Assembly: GCA_910584165.1 (NCBI GenBank)
Contig: CAJTZU010000002.1
Coordinates: 9,595-73,594, forward strand
From: an uncultured Bacilli bacterium
Lineage (GTDB): Bacteria > Bacillota_I > Bacilli_A > RF39 > UBA660
Direction of reading: 5' to 3'
Length of the DNA: 64,000 bases
The notes beneath the pieces were generated by a model. The model was not told the DNA's origin, searched no databases, and worked only from the letters and a program-made list of their open reading frames with translations. Each line of letters starts with the position of its first letter. Position 1 is the stretch's first letter. The translations under genes and the position numbers were made by a program. Positions 50,220 through 60,728 of this stretch are shown piece by piece.

Positions 50220-52385
50220 ATGTTAAATTTAATTGAAAGTGTTAGAAAGCTTTTTAAAACAAAAGGAGCTCGTTTCTCATTAAAGGAACTTGCCGAAGTT
50301 TTAACATTAAGAGGAGATGAATTGGAAGTTCTAAAACTCGCTTTAAATGAATTAGAACTAGGTGGAGAAATCTATTTAAATGATTCTCAAGAATACATAC
50401 CGTTTCCAAAAGATCAAAATTTAGCAATCGGACAATTACGATTTGATAAACGTCGCAATCCATTTGTCTTAATTGGTCATAGTATGGTCTTTATTCCTGA
50501 GAATCATCTAAATGGTGCTATTAAAGGAGATACTGTCTTAATTAGAAGAAATAATTTTGTAGGTATGGGAGAAACAAAAACAGTCGTTACTAAAATCCTA
50601 AATAGACAACATCATTTTATTATCTTTGAATGTTATAAAAACCAAGGGAAAAAAAGGGTTAGACCATATAATAGTCCTTTTAAATGTCATATTTCCTTAA
50701 GCAAAAAGGATTGGGACTCAATTTCAGTAGGCGATAGATTTGGTGTACAAGTAGATAAAGTTAATCATAATGGAATCTTTCATGGAGATATAAGTTTTAA
50801 AATAGGTAGTAAAAACGATCCTTTTTTACCGCTAAAAACAATTGCTGCTTCCCATGGAATTAGAATCGATTTTCCAGAAGAAGTAAATTTAGAAGCTGAG
50901 GAAATTCCTACTACTATTAGAGAAGAGAAAATAGAAGAAGAAATTAGAAATGGTCGCGTTGACTTAAGAAAAAAAATAATTTTTACTATTGATGGAGAAC
51001 ATTCTAAAGATTTAGATGATGCAGTTAGTCTAGAAATCAACGACAAAGGAAATTATGTATTAGGGGTTCATATTGCAGATGTTGCATACTATGTTAAAGA
51101 AGGAACTGCTATCCAAAAAGAGGCCGCTTTAAGAGGAACTAGTTACTACTTTAGTACTCTAGTAATTCCAATGCTTCCCCCTACTTTATCTAACGGGATT
51201 TGTTCCTTAAATCCTAACCAAGACCGTTTCACTAGAACAACGGAAATAGAAATTAATCCAATGGGAGAAATTTTAAATTTCAAACAGTATAAAAGTATTA
51301 TTCATTCTAAGAAAAAAATGACTTATGAAAGTATTAATCAAATCTTTGAGGAAGGCATTTCCTTAGAAGAATATCAAACATTTATTCCAACTTTAAGAAA
51401 TATGTTTCAACTATCTAGTATTCTTGAAAAAAAGAAAGAACAACGTGGGTATATTAATTTTGGAACAGAGGATTTCTTCATTACTACTGATGAAAATGGA
51501 AAGCCAAAAGAGATTCTCCCTAGAAAAAGAGGGATGGCTGAAAAATTAATCGAAAACTTTATGCTATTAGCCAATGAAATCACTGCCATTTATCAGCAAA
51601 ATATGCAATTTTTAAATCAAGAATTACCATTTATTTATCGTGTTCATGGGTATCCTGATGAAAAACGAATAGCAGAAATTATTACTTACTTAAAAAATAG
51701 CGGTTTTTATATTGAAGAAAAAGATTATCATGACCCAAAAGAATTTCAATTACTTTTAAAATCATTAGCAACACTTCCTGCTTTTCCGGCTATTTCTGAT
51801 GTTCTTATTCGAGGACTATCCAAAGCAAAATATAGTGTAAATAACATTGGGCACTATGGTTTAGCGCTCGGCTATTATACACACTCAACTTCTCCTATCA
51901 GAAGATATTCTGATTTACAAACACAATATAATATGGATAAATATACAGAACAAGATTTATCTAGAATTGATATGGAAGAGCAAGCTGATAAAATCATCCA
52001 GATTTGTAAACACACTACCAAGGTAGAAAAAATAGCAGATGTCACCGATAGAGATATTACAGGATATCAATTTGTTCAATATATGGAAAATAAAATTGGG
52101 CAAACTTTTACTGGTATGATTACTTATATTAGTAAACATCATATTATTGTAAGAACTACTAACTATGTAATTGGTACCATTGAAACAAACGAATTATTAG
52201 ATAGAGGATATAAACTAATTGACCAAGGGACTACTTTATTTGATCCAAAAACGAAAAAACATTTACGAATCGGAGATTTAATAGAAGTTGTTTTAAAACA
52301 AACAAGTTTAGAAGATAGAAAAATTTTATTTTCTATCCCTAATTCTAAAGAAAAAGTTTATAAAAAAAATAGTTTGCTACCTTAG
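50220..52385 (+). CDS. rnr: ribonuclease R (RNB-family 3-prime-5-prime exoribonuclease)
   Basis: RNB domain motifs (DLDDA, cold-shock + S1 arrangement), 721 aa. Confidence 0.8.
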   Translation: MLNLIESVRKLFKTKGARFSLKELAEVLTLRGDELEVLKLALNELELGGEIYLNDSQEYIPFPKDQNLAIGQLRFDKRRNPFVLIGHSMVFIPENHLNGAIKGDTVLIRRNNFVGMGETKTVVTKILNRQHHFIIFECYKNQGKKRVRPYNSPFKCHISLSKKDWDSISVGDRFGVQVDKVNHNGIFHGDISFKIGSKNDPFLPLKTIAASHGIRIDFPEEVNLEAEEIPTTIREEKIEEEIRNGRVDLRKKIIFTIDGEHSKDLDDAVSLEINDKGNYVLGVHIADVAYYVKEGTAIQKEAALRGTSYYFSTLVIPMLPPTLSNGICSLNPNQDRFTRTTEIEINPMGEILNFKQYKSIIHSKKKMTYESINQIFEEGISLEEYQTFIPTLRNMFQLSSILEKKKEQRGYINFGTEDFFITTDENGKPKEILPRKRGMAEKLIENFMLLANEITAIYQQNMQFLNQELPFIYRVHGYPDEKRIAEIITYLKNSGFYIEEKDYHDPKEFQLLLKSLATLPAFPAISDVLIRGLSKAKYSVNNIGHYGLALGYYTHSTSPIRRYSDLQTQYNMDKYTEQDLSRIDMEEQADKIIQICKHTTKVEKIADVTDRDITGYQFVQYMENKIGQTFTGMITYISKHHIIVRTTNYVIGTIETNELLDRGYKLIDQGTTLFDPKTKKHLRIGDLIEVVLKQTSLEDRKILFSIPNSKEKVYKKNSLLP

Positions 52386-52838
52386 CAAACTTTTTTCTTC
52401 TGGTTTTTGATATAAATACATAGAAAGCCCTAAATAAAAATTATAAATTTTCTCAATCTTCGTTTGAACATTTGGCGCTTTTTCTATTACTGCACTTTTT
52501 TCTTCCTCCAAAACTTTAGAGGATTTCCAAGAAAACTCTTGAACATTATTGTCAGAATCTATAGAAGCTCCAGTATAAGGTACTACTGGAATGCCTGAAA
52601 TAGTTTCAATACTCTTTGCTTCTTCTGGAATACAAACTTCATCAATTTGGGACTTCACCTCTCCAATAGATACTTTTAAACGTTTTAAACGTGCTGACAA
52701 CAACTCTATTTGAACTTGTAAGGTAGTTCTCATAAGTTCATCTTTTGTCCGAATAAACTGCCTAATAAACTCTATTATCAAATCTGAAAGTTCTTTTAGC
52801 TTTCCCATTTCTTCCATATTTATTCCCGATTCTGGCAT
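52377..52838 (-). CDS. hypothetical protein
   Basis: ORF; convergent 9-bp overlap with rnr. Confidence 0.4.
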   Translation of the reverse strand: MPESGINMEEMGKLKELSDLIIEFIRQFIRTKDELMRTTLQVQIELLSARLKRLKVSIGEVKSQIDEVCIPEEAKSIETISGIPVVPYTGASIDSDNNVQEFSWKSSKVLEEEKSAVIEKAPNVQTKIEKIYNFYLGLSMYLYQKPEEKSLLR

Positions 52839-52933
52839 ACTCTCACCTTCTTAAATTAATTATACATGATTTCTCCCTAAAATAAACATTTTTTCTATGA
52901 TTTTTTCATATTTTTTAATAGAAAAGAGGAAAT

Positions 52934-53980
52934 ATGAATCAAATTATTCTTTCAAAGGATGAAATTGAAAATGAAAATATAAGAATGCGATTAGAGGAAG
53001 ATTCTCTCATCTCTTTAAGTTCTTATCCAAAAACAAAAACTAGGCAGGAAATAATAGAAGAAATTACAAGTTCTTCTGTTACTAAAATGGATATTCCAAA
53101 AGAAATTTTAGAAAATAGAAATATTAAAAAAATACCTGAGGAAACGACTATTACTTATGGAATTACAACAAAACGCTGCACTTTAAAATACTTACCAACA
53201 ATAGAAGATTTCTATTCATCAAACATCGTATCGGAGAATACAGCAACTGAATTACCTTATGCTACCCCACTTCTAATCATTCATCAAAGTGAAGACCAAA
53301 AGTGGTTATTTATTCAATGTTCTTTTTATAAAGGATGGCTTTTAAAAGAGGATATCTTATGTATAACTGAGCAAGAATTTTCACTATTTTTAAATCCTGA
53401 AAAGTTTATTACTATTACAAAACCATTACTACCATTCCATAATACTTACTTAGATTTAGGGGTTACTCTACCCGTTTTAGGGGTTCATGAAAACTACTTT
53501 GAAATCTTTATACCTGATAAGGAGAAAATAAAAATTGAACCATTTTATAAAGGTTCTTGTACATTAGGTTACTTACCATATACCAAAGAAAATATTATAA
53601 ACCTTGCTAAATCCTATATTGGAATACCTTATTCTTGGGGTGGAAAAAAGTATGGAGTCGATTGCTCTTTTTTCATCTTCACCCTATTTAAAACTTTTGG
53701 TTTTCAATTTCCAAGAAACACAAAAGAACAAGAAAGAGTTATTGGCTTGAAAAAAATAGATTTAAAAGGAAAAACAGAAATAGAGAAAAAAGAAATTTTA
53801 AAAACACTTGATTACCCTGCAATCTTTCATAAAGAAGGACACATTTTATTAGGAATTTCTAATACCCAGGTTATCCATGCATATGGGGACGTAAAAAGAG
53901 TTATTTTGTCTGAAATAGAAACTTGTTATGGTACTAATTTATTTCCGTTTTTAACAACTGTTACCTGCCTATTAAAATAA
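52934..53980 (+). CDS. NlpC/P60 (C40) family peptidase with N-terminal SH3-like domains (YkfC-like gamma-D-Glu-L-diamino acid endopeptidase)
   Basis: YIGIPYSWGGKKYGVDCSFFIF catalytic Cys motif; later His. Confidence 0.7.
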   Translation: MNQIILSKDEIENENIRMRLEEDSLISLSSYPKTKTRQEIIEEITSSSVTKMDIPKEILENRNIKKIPEETTITYGITTKRCTLKYLPTIEDFYSSNIVSENTATELPYATPLLIIHQSEDQKWLFIQCSFYKGWLLKEDILCITEQEFSLFLNPEKFITITKPLLPFHNTYLDLGVTLPVLGVHENYFEIFIPDKEKIKIEPFYKGSCTLGYLPYTKENIINLAKSYIGIPYSWGGKKYGVDCSFFIFTLFKTFGFQFPRNTKEQERVIGLKKIDLKGKTEIEKKEILKTLDYPAIFHKEGHILLGISNTQVIHAYGDVKRVILSEIETCYGTNLFPFLTTVTCLLK

Positions 53981-53996
53981 TATTTATAAAAAGATA

Positions 53997-54025
53997 TTGA
54001 CAGATTAAAATTTTATTTATATACT
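53997..54025 (+). promoter_or_regulatory. promoter TTGACA-17-TATACT
   Basis: Consensus -35, 17-nt spacer, near-consensus -10, ~27 nt before ATG at 54052. Confidence 0.55.
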
Positions 54026-54051
54026 GATTGTGAATAGAATGGGGTGAATTT

Positions 54052-54831
54052 ATGGACTTAAAAACAGATAAACTATTATTACACGCATCTTTAGTAGATC
54101 AAATGCTAGATGAACTTTCTCCTATTAGTACCTTTATGAAACAGGAGGAGTATCAGAAAGTATATGATTATGTCAATACTTTAAAAAGTAAAAAATGGTT
54201 TTTGGATGCTAATTTTTTTAAGCCTATTAATCTGCCAAAAAAGGAAGATATTCTTCCATTTTCATTAAAACTATATACCGATTCTAAATCACAAAAATTA
54301 TCAGATTCTCTTGCTATTATTCCCTATGAATTTCAGTATATCAAAAAAGATTTACCAGAATTTGATGTTATTATTATTAGAATGTCACTAGATTCCAAAA
54401 GTTATAGAATCGCTACAATGGAGGTTTCTGAAGACGTTATTAATTCTTTCGAAATTTACTTTAAACAGGTATTAAATGAAAAGCCAAATGAAGATTCTAG
54501 CAATATTTTTGATGAAGCTTGCTTCCTATGTGTAAAAGAATATATTGAAAGAATTATACGAACAAAAGGAGTTTTTTACCAAAATTGGAATAGTTTTCGT
54601 ATAGAATTTAAAAAGAAACATAACAAAAATATTCAAGACTATTCTGATATAGGAAAATATTTATGGCAAACAGACTTTTTACGATTTGATAATAGATATA
54701 GAAAACACGATAAAATTACCACTCTTGTGGAGCAACTAGAAAATTATAAGAAACAAGAAGAAAATAAAAATACTGAAAAAAATACTAGAAAAAAGCCTTT
54801 TTCTTCTATCAAATCATTTTTTGAAAAATAA
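54052..54831 (+). CDS. hypothetical protein
   Basis: ORF only. Confidence 0.45.
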   Translation: MDLKTDKLLLHASLVDQMLDELSPISTFMKQEEYQKVYDYVNTLKSKKWFLDANFFKPINLPKKEDILPFSLKLYTDSKSQKLSDSLAIIPYEFQYIKKDLPEFDVIIIRMSLDSKSYRIATMEVSEDVINSFEIYFKQVLNEKPNEDSSNIFDEACFLCVKEYIERIIRTKGVFYQNWNSFRIEFKKKHNKNIQDYSDIGKYLWQTDFLRFDNRYRKHDKITTLVEQLENYKKQEENKNTEKNTRKKPFSSIKSFFEK

Positions 54832-54855
54832 AAAGATTGGAAAACCAATCTTTTT

Positions 54856-55857
54856 TTATTGCAAATCTTTATTTTCTTCTGTTTCATTAGAAATAGCTGA
54901 TTCCGTTGTAACTGTATTTTCTACTGGTTCTGATACAGTTTGAAAAGCATCCACTGGAGCTTGAACAGCAGACTCTTCCACTACTGGAATTGAAGCTGAT
55001 TCTGTTACCAGTACATCCACTTTTGGTTGCTCAACCACTGGTTCTGATACAGATATTCCAACTGATGGTTGTTCGACCATCGGAACATTTTGTGAAACTT
55101 CTGGATTCATAATTGGTTGCTCTACCATGCCAGTAGGTTGCTGTGGCATACCAGTAGGCATATCAGTCATTGGTATTCCATTTGAATTATTTTTATTTTT
55201 TCTAGTCATTACCACTACTACAATTACAATTGCAACAATTGCAACACCAATAATACCTGCAATAATTAATAAGGTATTATTTCTTCCCATAGAAAATTCA
55301 TAATTAATATTAGTTAACGTATTAAACTTAACTTTCCATGTTAATGTATTTCCTTCTACCTTAGTAGCATTGTGAGAAATAGCTTTAGAAGGTAATGTTA
55401 CAGAATAAGAAATATCAATATTAGAATCATAAAGAGAGGCTGTTTCACTATCAAAATCTTCTGATCTAGTGTCAATTGTAAAATTAGCTTTATATTTATT
55501 CTTTCCTACTTTTTGAAAAAACTTTATATCAGATTTTGGATCATTTAAATATTCATCAAGCGATACTACAACTTCTTTATCAGTACTAATGTCTGCTAAT
55601 TTAAAAGTTTTTGTAGCTTTGATACCTTTCATATCATCTTCTACATATTCTTCCACTTTAAAACCTTTGTCAGCAAATTCTTTTTTATCTTCATCAGTAA
55701 TTGTCATATCTTCAGACATAGACTCTGCAAAAGCCATAATGATAGATAATTCTACATTCCCATTTGACTTAATATTCATTGAAATACTTTCTTTTACACA
55801 ACCTGTTACTAATAAAACCGTTAATAACATTATAAATAACTTACCTATTCTTTTCAT
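54856..55857 (-). CDS. lipoprotein with single TM and Pro/Gln-rich C-terminal tail (VEQP repeats)
   Basis: Lipobox LVTGC, TM IIAGIIGVAIVAIVIVVVV, repeats PTGMPQQPTGMVEQP. Confidence 0.5.
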   Translation of the reverse strand: MKRIGKLFIMLLTVLLVTGCVKESISMNIKSNGNVELSIIMAFAESMSEDMTITDEDKKEFADKGFKVEEYVEDDMKGIKATKTFKLADISTDKEVVVSLDEYLNDPKSDIKFFQKVGKNKYKANFTIDTRSEDFDSETASLYDSNIDISYSVTLPSKAISHNATKVEGNTLTWKVKFNTLTNINYEFSMGRNNTLLIIAGIIGVAIVAIVIVVVVMTRKNKNNSNGIPMTDMPTGMPQQPTGMVEQPIMNPEVSQNVPMVEQPSVGISVSEPVVEQPKVDVLVTESASIPVVEESAVQAPVDAFQTVSEPVENTVTTESAISNETEENKDLQ

Positions 55858-55941
55858 AACTTCTATCCTTTCTAGATTCTACAATCAATTTTATTATATC
55901 ACATTTTTTCTTATTACAAAAGAAAAATCCCATAAGGGACT

Positions 55942-56550
55942 TTATCCATTTAAATTATTTTTATAAATTTGTAAATTGATTCTATTAATCATTCCTAGTA
56001 TTTCAATTTGAGTATCCATACTAGTATTTTCTTGAGTGGTTAACTTCATAACATAATCAATTTCAGACTTTTTCACAATATCTTTTCCAGTTCCTCCTGC
56101 ATTTAACTTCGCATAGAGAGTATTCAAATCTGATATTCTTTTATCAACTGCTTTTACCCCTCCTACAATCTCTTCGCTAAATTTCTTTGCTTCATGATTG
56201 TATAAAGTTTGTAAATCACTTTGAAACGTTTCTAAAATCGTATTTTCTTCTTCATTAAAATCAATAGAAATTCCTTGTGAACGCATTAAAATCGCTAAAG
56301 TAGGAATCTCTAATTTATCTAATAATTCTTTCAAATCTTCCTTACTATAATATTGTTCTAATACTTTCTCAATCCATTCTCTAGAATACTTTTTTAAATT
56401 ATCTGTAGATTCTTCCAAAGAAGATATAAAACCTGATAAAACACTTAATTGTTCTGTCTTAATGGCTGCTTTTTCTCTTAACTTTTTCTCTTCTATTGCC
56501 TTTGTATCAAACATAGATAGAAGTTTTCTTTTAATATCGTCTTCCATCAT
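55942..56550 (-). CDS. hypothetical helical protein
   Basis: 1-bp overlap with upstream 474-aa ORF (operon). Confidence 0.45.
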   Translation of the reverse strand: MMEDDIKRKLLSMFDTKAIEEKKLREKAAIKTEQLSVLSGFISSLEESTDNLKKYSREWIEKVLEQYYSKEDLKELLDKLEIPTLAILMRSQGISIDFNEEENTILETFQSDLQTLYNHEAKKFSEEIVGGVKAVDKRISDLNTLYAKLNAGGTGKDIVKKSEIDYVMKLTTQENTSMDTQIEILGMINRINLQIYKNNLNG

Positions 56551-57974
56551 TATTTATCCCCCTTTATATTGCTTTTCCAATAATCTTCTACTTGTTGAGT
56601 AATCGCAAGCATACTAGAATATTCACTACTATCTGTTAAAATCCAATTATTCATCTCTGAATAAGATTTTGCGATAAGAGCAAGTAATTCTCTAGTTACA
56701 ATCTTATCTTTCTTTTCAAGTTTCTCACTTGTAACTACGAAAGTATTATCCTTTGGAAATTTTCTAAATAATACAAAAGTTTCTTTTCCCGTAATTACTC
56801 CTACATTTCCATCATATAGAGTGACATTATCAATATTTTTAGTATCTTTTCCTTCTCGTAATTGATTTAATAATGATAAAGAATCTTCTGTAACATTTTG
56901 ATAAGCAAAAGTCGGAACCCTAGGATCAACCCATGCATTATAAATTAATGTTTTAGGAATTGGTTTTTCTAAACTAGCAGAAAGGGCTTTATTAGAAGCT
57001 TCTTTCTTTAAAATATCTTGATAAATTCTATCTATTTTTTCAAGCTTTTCCATCATTTCTAATAAGTTAAACAAAGAAGTGCTTCCCTTTGCTTTCTTTA
57101 ATAAAATTTCCATCCATCGATACAATAAATACTCATACATACCTGGATAAGCTGTTAGCAGTTTTTTTGCTTCTTCTAAAGAAACTTTATCTTTTTCTAA
57201 TAGTCCTAAAATATTTTCAAGATAAAGGTTATCACTATTTTCTATTTTTTTATCAATATAATTTAAAGCATATCCCTTTATAGCAACTTCAAATTGTTCT
57301 ACTTTTTGAGCCTGCTCTGGAAATAGACGATATGGTAATTCTTCATCAATTTCATCATTCTCAATTAATTCAGCATTTTTTCTAACAATTGCATTAACAG
57401 CAACTAAACAGCTAGAAATATCATCAGGATATAAAAACTCTTTAAAGAACGGAATATAAATATCTGTATCTACTAGTTGCCCGTCTACAATAGAGCTAGA
57501 TAAATTGCTCATTAATTTTAATTCTTCTTCTACTTTTAAATTTTCATCTATTAATCCACTTTTTAATTCTTCATAAGCCGCGGCTGCTTCTTTTGCCTTA
57601 TCAATAGTAGCAACTGCATCTAAATATCTTTTTCCTGTTTTAACTTTTGGATGAGTAGCCATATTAATAACAGAACTAGCAATCATAACACTTTCTGCAG
57701 ACATATCAGAATCTGTAGATGCAGCATCTAAAAATTTCTTTAATTCCTCTTTATCCATTTTTGCAATTTTAGATACATCTTTTTCATGTGCTACTTTAGA
57801 AGCTGTTCTTCTAATTGCTAACTCTTCCTGAACATGGTCATGGTGGACAGATTTCACCTGATGTAGTTTCTGCAACTTTTCTAATATATTTGTTAAGGCT
57901 TGTTCCATACTATTACCCCTATCTATTCCCTTTATTCTATATAATAGTATATCAATTAATAGAAAATAAAACAA
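56550..57974 (-). CDS. hypothetical protein
   Basis: ORF; probable true start MEQALTNIL. Confidence 0.45.
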   Translation of the reverse strand: MFYFLLIDILLYRIKGIDRGNSMEQALTNILEKLQKLHQVKSVHHDHVQEELAIRRTASKVAHEKDVSKIAKMDKEELKKFLDAASTDSDMSAESVMIASSVINMATHPKVKTGKRYLDAVATIDKAKEAAAAYEELKSGLIDENLKVEEELKLMSNLSSSIVDGQLVDTDIYIPFFKEFLYPDDISSCLVAVNAIVRKNAELIENDEIDEELPYRLFPEQAQKVEQFEVAIKGYALNYIDKKIENSDNLYLENILGLLEKDKVSLEEAKKLLTAYPGMYEYLLYRWMEILLKKAKGSTSLFNLLEMMEKLEKIDRIYQDILKKEASNKALSASLEKPIPKTLIYNAWVDPRVPTFAYQNVTEDSLSLLNQLREGKDTKNIDNVTLYDGNVGVITGKETFVLFRKFPKDNTFVVTSEKLEKKDKIVTRELLALIAKSYSEMNNWILTDSSEYSSMLAITQQVEDYWKSNIKGDK

Positions 57975-58006
57975 TATTTGATTTTATTTTCTTGTAATTT
58001 TTTTAT

Positions 58007-58921
58007 TTGACAAAATTTGCAGAAAATGATACGATAAATATCGTGTTTTTTAAGAAAGGATATGAGAATATGTTTGCTTTCCTTAATAAAACATCAAGAA
58101 AACCAACACAAAAGACAAATATTTTCAGTAACGATATTTTAGATTCTTTAAGTGATACAGGGCTATCTAGAAGTAATAATGAAGATTGTGTAATCACCAT
58201 TACTCATCCTGATAACCCTAATTTAAAACTACTTGCGGTAGCAGATGGAGTGGGCGGAAGAACTTCTGGGGAAGTAGCTTCTAACTTTGCTATTATCGCA
58301 TTAGAAAGATGGTTTTTAAAATTATCTGAAGAAAAAATTCAAAATACAAAAGAACTTTCAAGAAAATTAAATAAAATGATACGTTGTATTAATGATTGCC
58401 TTTATTTACTAAAGTCTTATCATACTGGCTGTGCGACCACTCTTACCTGTGCAGTTGTTAATGAAGAAAAAACAGTCATTGCTAATGTTGGAGACTCTAG
58501 AGCTTATATTGTAAAGAAAAATACAATTAAACAAATTACAAAAGATGATTCTGTAGTTTGGTATTATTATGAGCACGGGGATTTGACTAAAGAAGAATTA
58601 CGATTTCATAAGCAAAATACGCTAATTACAAAATGTATTGGCCCTGATTATGGAACAAAGCCAAATATTACCATTTTAAAAAATAACAGTTATGATGGAC
58701 TTCTATTATTTACAGATGGAGTTACAGACTGTTTATCAGATTCTAAAATTGAAAAGCTAATTCAACGGAAAAAAGAAAATTTAGCACAAATTATTATTAA
58801 AGAGGCAGTCTACGGAAAACCGACAAAAAAAGTTCCAAAAGGGAAAGATTTCTATCGTCCTCTCAATGGAAAAGATAATGCAACCGTTGCCCTTTACTTT
58901 AAAAAGAACCAATACATTTAA
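58007..58921 (+). CDS. PP2C-family Ser/Thr protein phosphatase
   Basis: LLAVADGVGGRTSGEVAS metal-binding motif; track start is TTG, likely ATG start at ~58070 with AAGGA RBS. Confidence 0.75.
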   Translation: MTKFAENDTINIVFFKKGYENMFAFLNKTSRKPTQKTNIFSNDILDSLSDTGLSRSNNEDCVITITHPDNPNLKLLAVADGVGGRTSGEVASNFAIIALERWFLKLSEEKIQNTKELSRKLNKMIRCINDCLYLLKSYHTGCATTLTCAVVNEEKTVIANVGDSRAYIVKKNTIKQITKDDSVVWYYYEHGDLTKEELRFHKQNTLITKCIGPDYGTKPNITILKNNSYDGLLLFTDGVTDCLSDSKIEKLIQRKKENLAQIIIKEAVYGKPTKKVPKGKDFYRPLNGKDNATVALYFKKNQYI

Positions 58922-58995
58922 ATTTATGATGGTTTCTTTTTATTTTTTTTAACTGGAAAATATGATATAATATTTTTATCAGGAGGCTATTCATC

Positions 58996-60261
58996 ATGTC
59001 GTCAATATTTAAAGAAAACGAAGAAGAAATAAGAAAAAGAGAAATGGAAAGTTTAGATTTTACTAGTCTTTTAGAAAAAGGAATAAAAACTTGTCATTTA
59101 GATAGTGACTTAGAACTTCTTCTTTACGATATTAGTGATGCTATTAAAGAAAGCCAAATTCTTTTAGTAGAGGCAAAAAAAGGCCGTGAAGAGGCCTATT
59201 TAATTCCCCTTTTGTTAGCTTATCAAAATACGACTTTCTTTAATAGATTTATTATTGCTACAGCATCTAGTACAGCTAGGGAAAACATTATTCAAAAATT
59301 ACAACAAATTTCTAAACTTTTAGGAGTAGATATTCCTATTCATGTATTAGAAAATGAAAGAAAGTATATCTGCTTAAAAAGATTAAAAGGATATAATCAA
59401 AAAAGAAAAAAAAAGTTATCTTCTTCAAAACCTAACTCCATTAAAAAAGAGGAATGGAGAAAAATTCAAGTAAGAACTTGCACGTTATCAAGTTGTAGTT
59501 TTTTCAAAAAATGTAAATATGCACTTGCTTATACTTCTATTAGTCAAAAAGGATGCTCTATTATTAGTCATGCTACTTTAATAGGAAACAGAAGATTCTT
59601 ACAAAATAGTCGTACACATGGTGAAAGTGATATTATCATTATTGATGAAGCAGATTCTTTTACCAATAATATTAGAGATAGTTATCAGCAAATTATGAGT
59701 TATGACTATATATGCAATTGCTTTTCTAGAGCAAAACAACTATTAAATAGAACAGAATATAGTTATATAGAAAATAGACATTTTAACGAATTACAACATT
59801 TTTTTGAAGAATTAAGTACTTGTGAAAGAGGTCTTCATTGGCACAGTACTGAAGAATTACAAAATAGTGCTAGAAAATTAGCAGAAATCTCGAAAAGAAT
59901 ATTAATTCACCTTACTAGGCAGTACGCTGTCAAACATTTTTCTAAAGAAACAGAACAATTTTGTGAAATGATTCTAATTATAGAAAAGTTTTTTGAAGAT
60001 ATGGCTAATCAGCAAGAATATCATTTCCAACTACAAGAAAAAGAACGTAGTGAGAATACTCCAAACTATAGAAAAGTACAAGTTTTCTATTATCCTAAGC
60101 AAGTAAATTCTATTATTGCTAATAGCTTAAAAAAAGTAGGTGGAAGTATTGTTTTTACAGGAAATCATATTGCTGGAGATAATGATTACCAACTACTAAT
60201 AAATGATTGTGGATTAGAAGAAATAGATAAACCTAAAGTAAAAGAATTTGTAGTCAAATAA
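58996..60261 (+). CDS. DinG/XPD-like helicase domain-1 protein with degenerate Walker A, lacking helicase domain 2
   Basis: LVEAKKGREEAYLIPLLLA (vs EAPTGTGKTLAYLLP), RFIIATASSTARENIIQKL (motif Ia-like), Cys cluster CTLSSCSFFKKC...C, DIIIIDEADSF (motif II); ends at 421 aa. Confidence 0.45.
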   Translation: MSSIFKENEEEIRKREMESLDFTSLLEKGIKTCHLDSDLELLLYDISDAIKESQILLVEAKKGREEAYLIPLLLAYQNTTFFNRFIIATASSTARENIIQKLQQISKLLGVDIPIHVLENERKYICLKRLKGYNQKRKKKLSSSKPNSIKKEEWRKIQVRTCTLSSCSFFKKCKYALAYTSISQKGCSIISHATLIGNRRFLQNSRTHGESDIIIIDEADSFTNNIRDSYQQIMSYDYICNCFSRAKQLLNRTEYSYIENRHFNELQHFFEELSTCERGLHWHSTEELQNSARKLAEISKRILIHLTRQYAVKHFSKETEQFCEMILIIEKFFEDMANQQEYHFQLQEKERSENTPNYRKVQVFYYPKQVNSIIANSLKKVGGSIVFTGNHIAGDNDYQLLINDCGLEEIDKPKVKEFVVK

Positions 60262-60298
60262 AAAGTTATGCACACTAAAGTTCATAACTTTTTTTTAT
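60262..60298. terminator. bidirectional terminator
   Basis: aaagttatg-(12 nt loop)-cataacttt followed by T-run; minus-gene stop inside loop. Confidence 0.5.
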
Positions 60299-60721
60299 TG
60301 CTATTAATAAATTTTTACACCCATCATATATTTCCTGATAAGCCTTATCAAAGTTCCTACTATACCAAGGATCTATCACATCTTTTTCATTTAATTTTCT
60401 CACCTTTAATTCATCAATAACAAAGAAATCCTTTAAAATCTTATTTTTTTGATATTGCTCCATCACAATAATATAATCATAATATTCAATATCTGACTGA
60501 GTAATTTGCCTAGCTTTTCTCTTTTCTACTGGAATACCATGCTCTAATAATATCTTTTTTGCAAATGGATAAATATCATTTCCCTCTTCTTCATTACTAA
60601 TGGCGCAAGAAGAAATAATAAAGTTTCCTTCTATATTTTCTTGTCTCACCATTTCTTTTAATATCATCTCTGCCATAGGAGACCTACAAATATTTCCAAG
60701 ACAAACAAATAATACTTTCAT
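60275..60721 (-). CDS. low-molecular-weight protein-tyrosine phosphatase
   Basis: VLFVCLGNICRSPMAE P-loop (CX5R). Confidence 0.85.
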   Translation of the reverse strand: MKVLFVCLGNICRSPMAEMILKEMVRQENIEGNFIISSCAISNEEEGNDIYPFAKKILLEHGIPVEKRKARQITQSDIEYYDYIIVMEQYQKNKILKDFFVIDELKVRKLNEKDVIDPWYSRNFDKAYQEIYDGCKNLLIAIKKSYEL

Positions 60722-60728
60722 ATATCAC

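Noticed and set aside
3537-57997. Many short ORFs (60-125 aa) nested antisense or out-of-frame inside long genes (3537-3728, 4122-4499, 15083-15274, 16729-17004, 17303-17503, 18220-18594, 28272-28490, 40008-40190, 41281-41505, 41962-42195, 47156-47389, 50254-50463, 50780-51046, 51407-51589, 51957-52142, 55589-55966, 57089-57283, 57815-57997, 58003-58200)
   Set aside because: Low-complexity, Leu/Ile/Phe-rich translations typical of chance ORFs in AT-rich DNA; each is fully contained in a well-supported gene on the other strand or frame.
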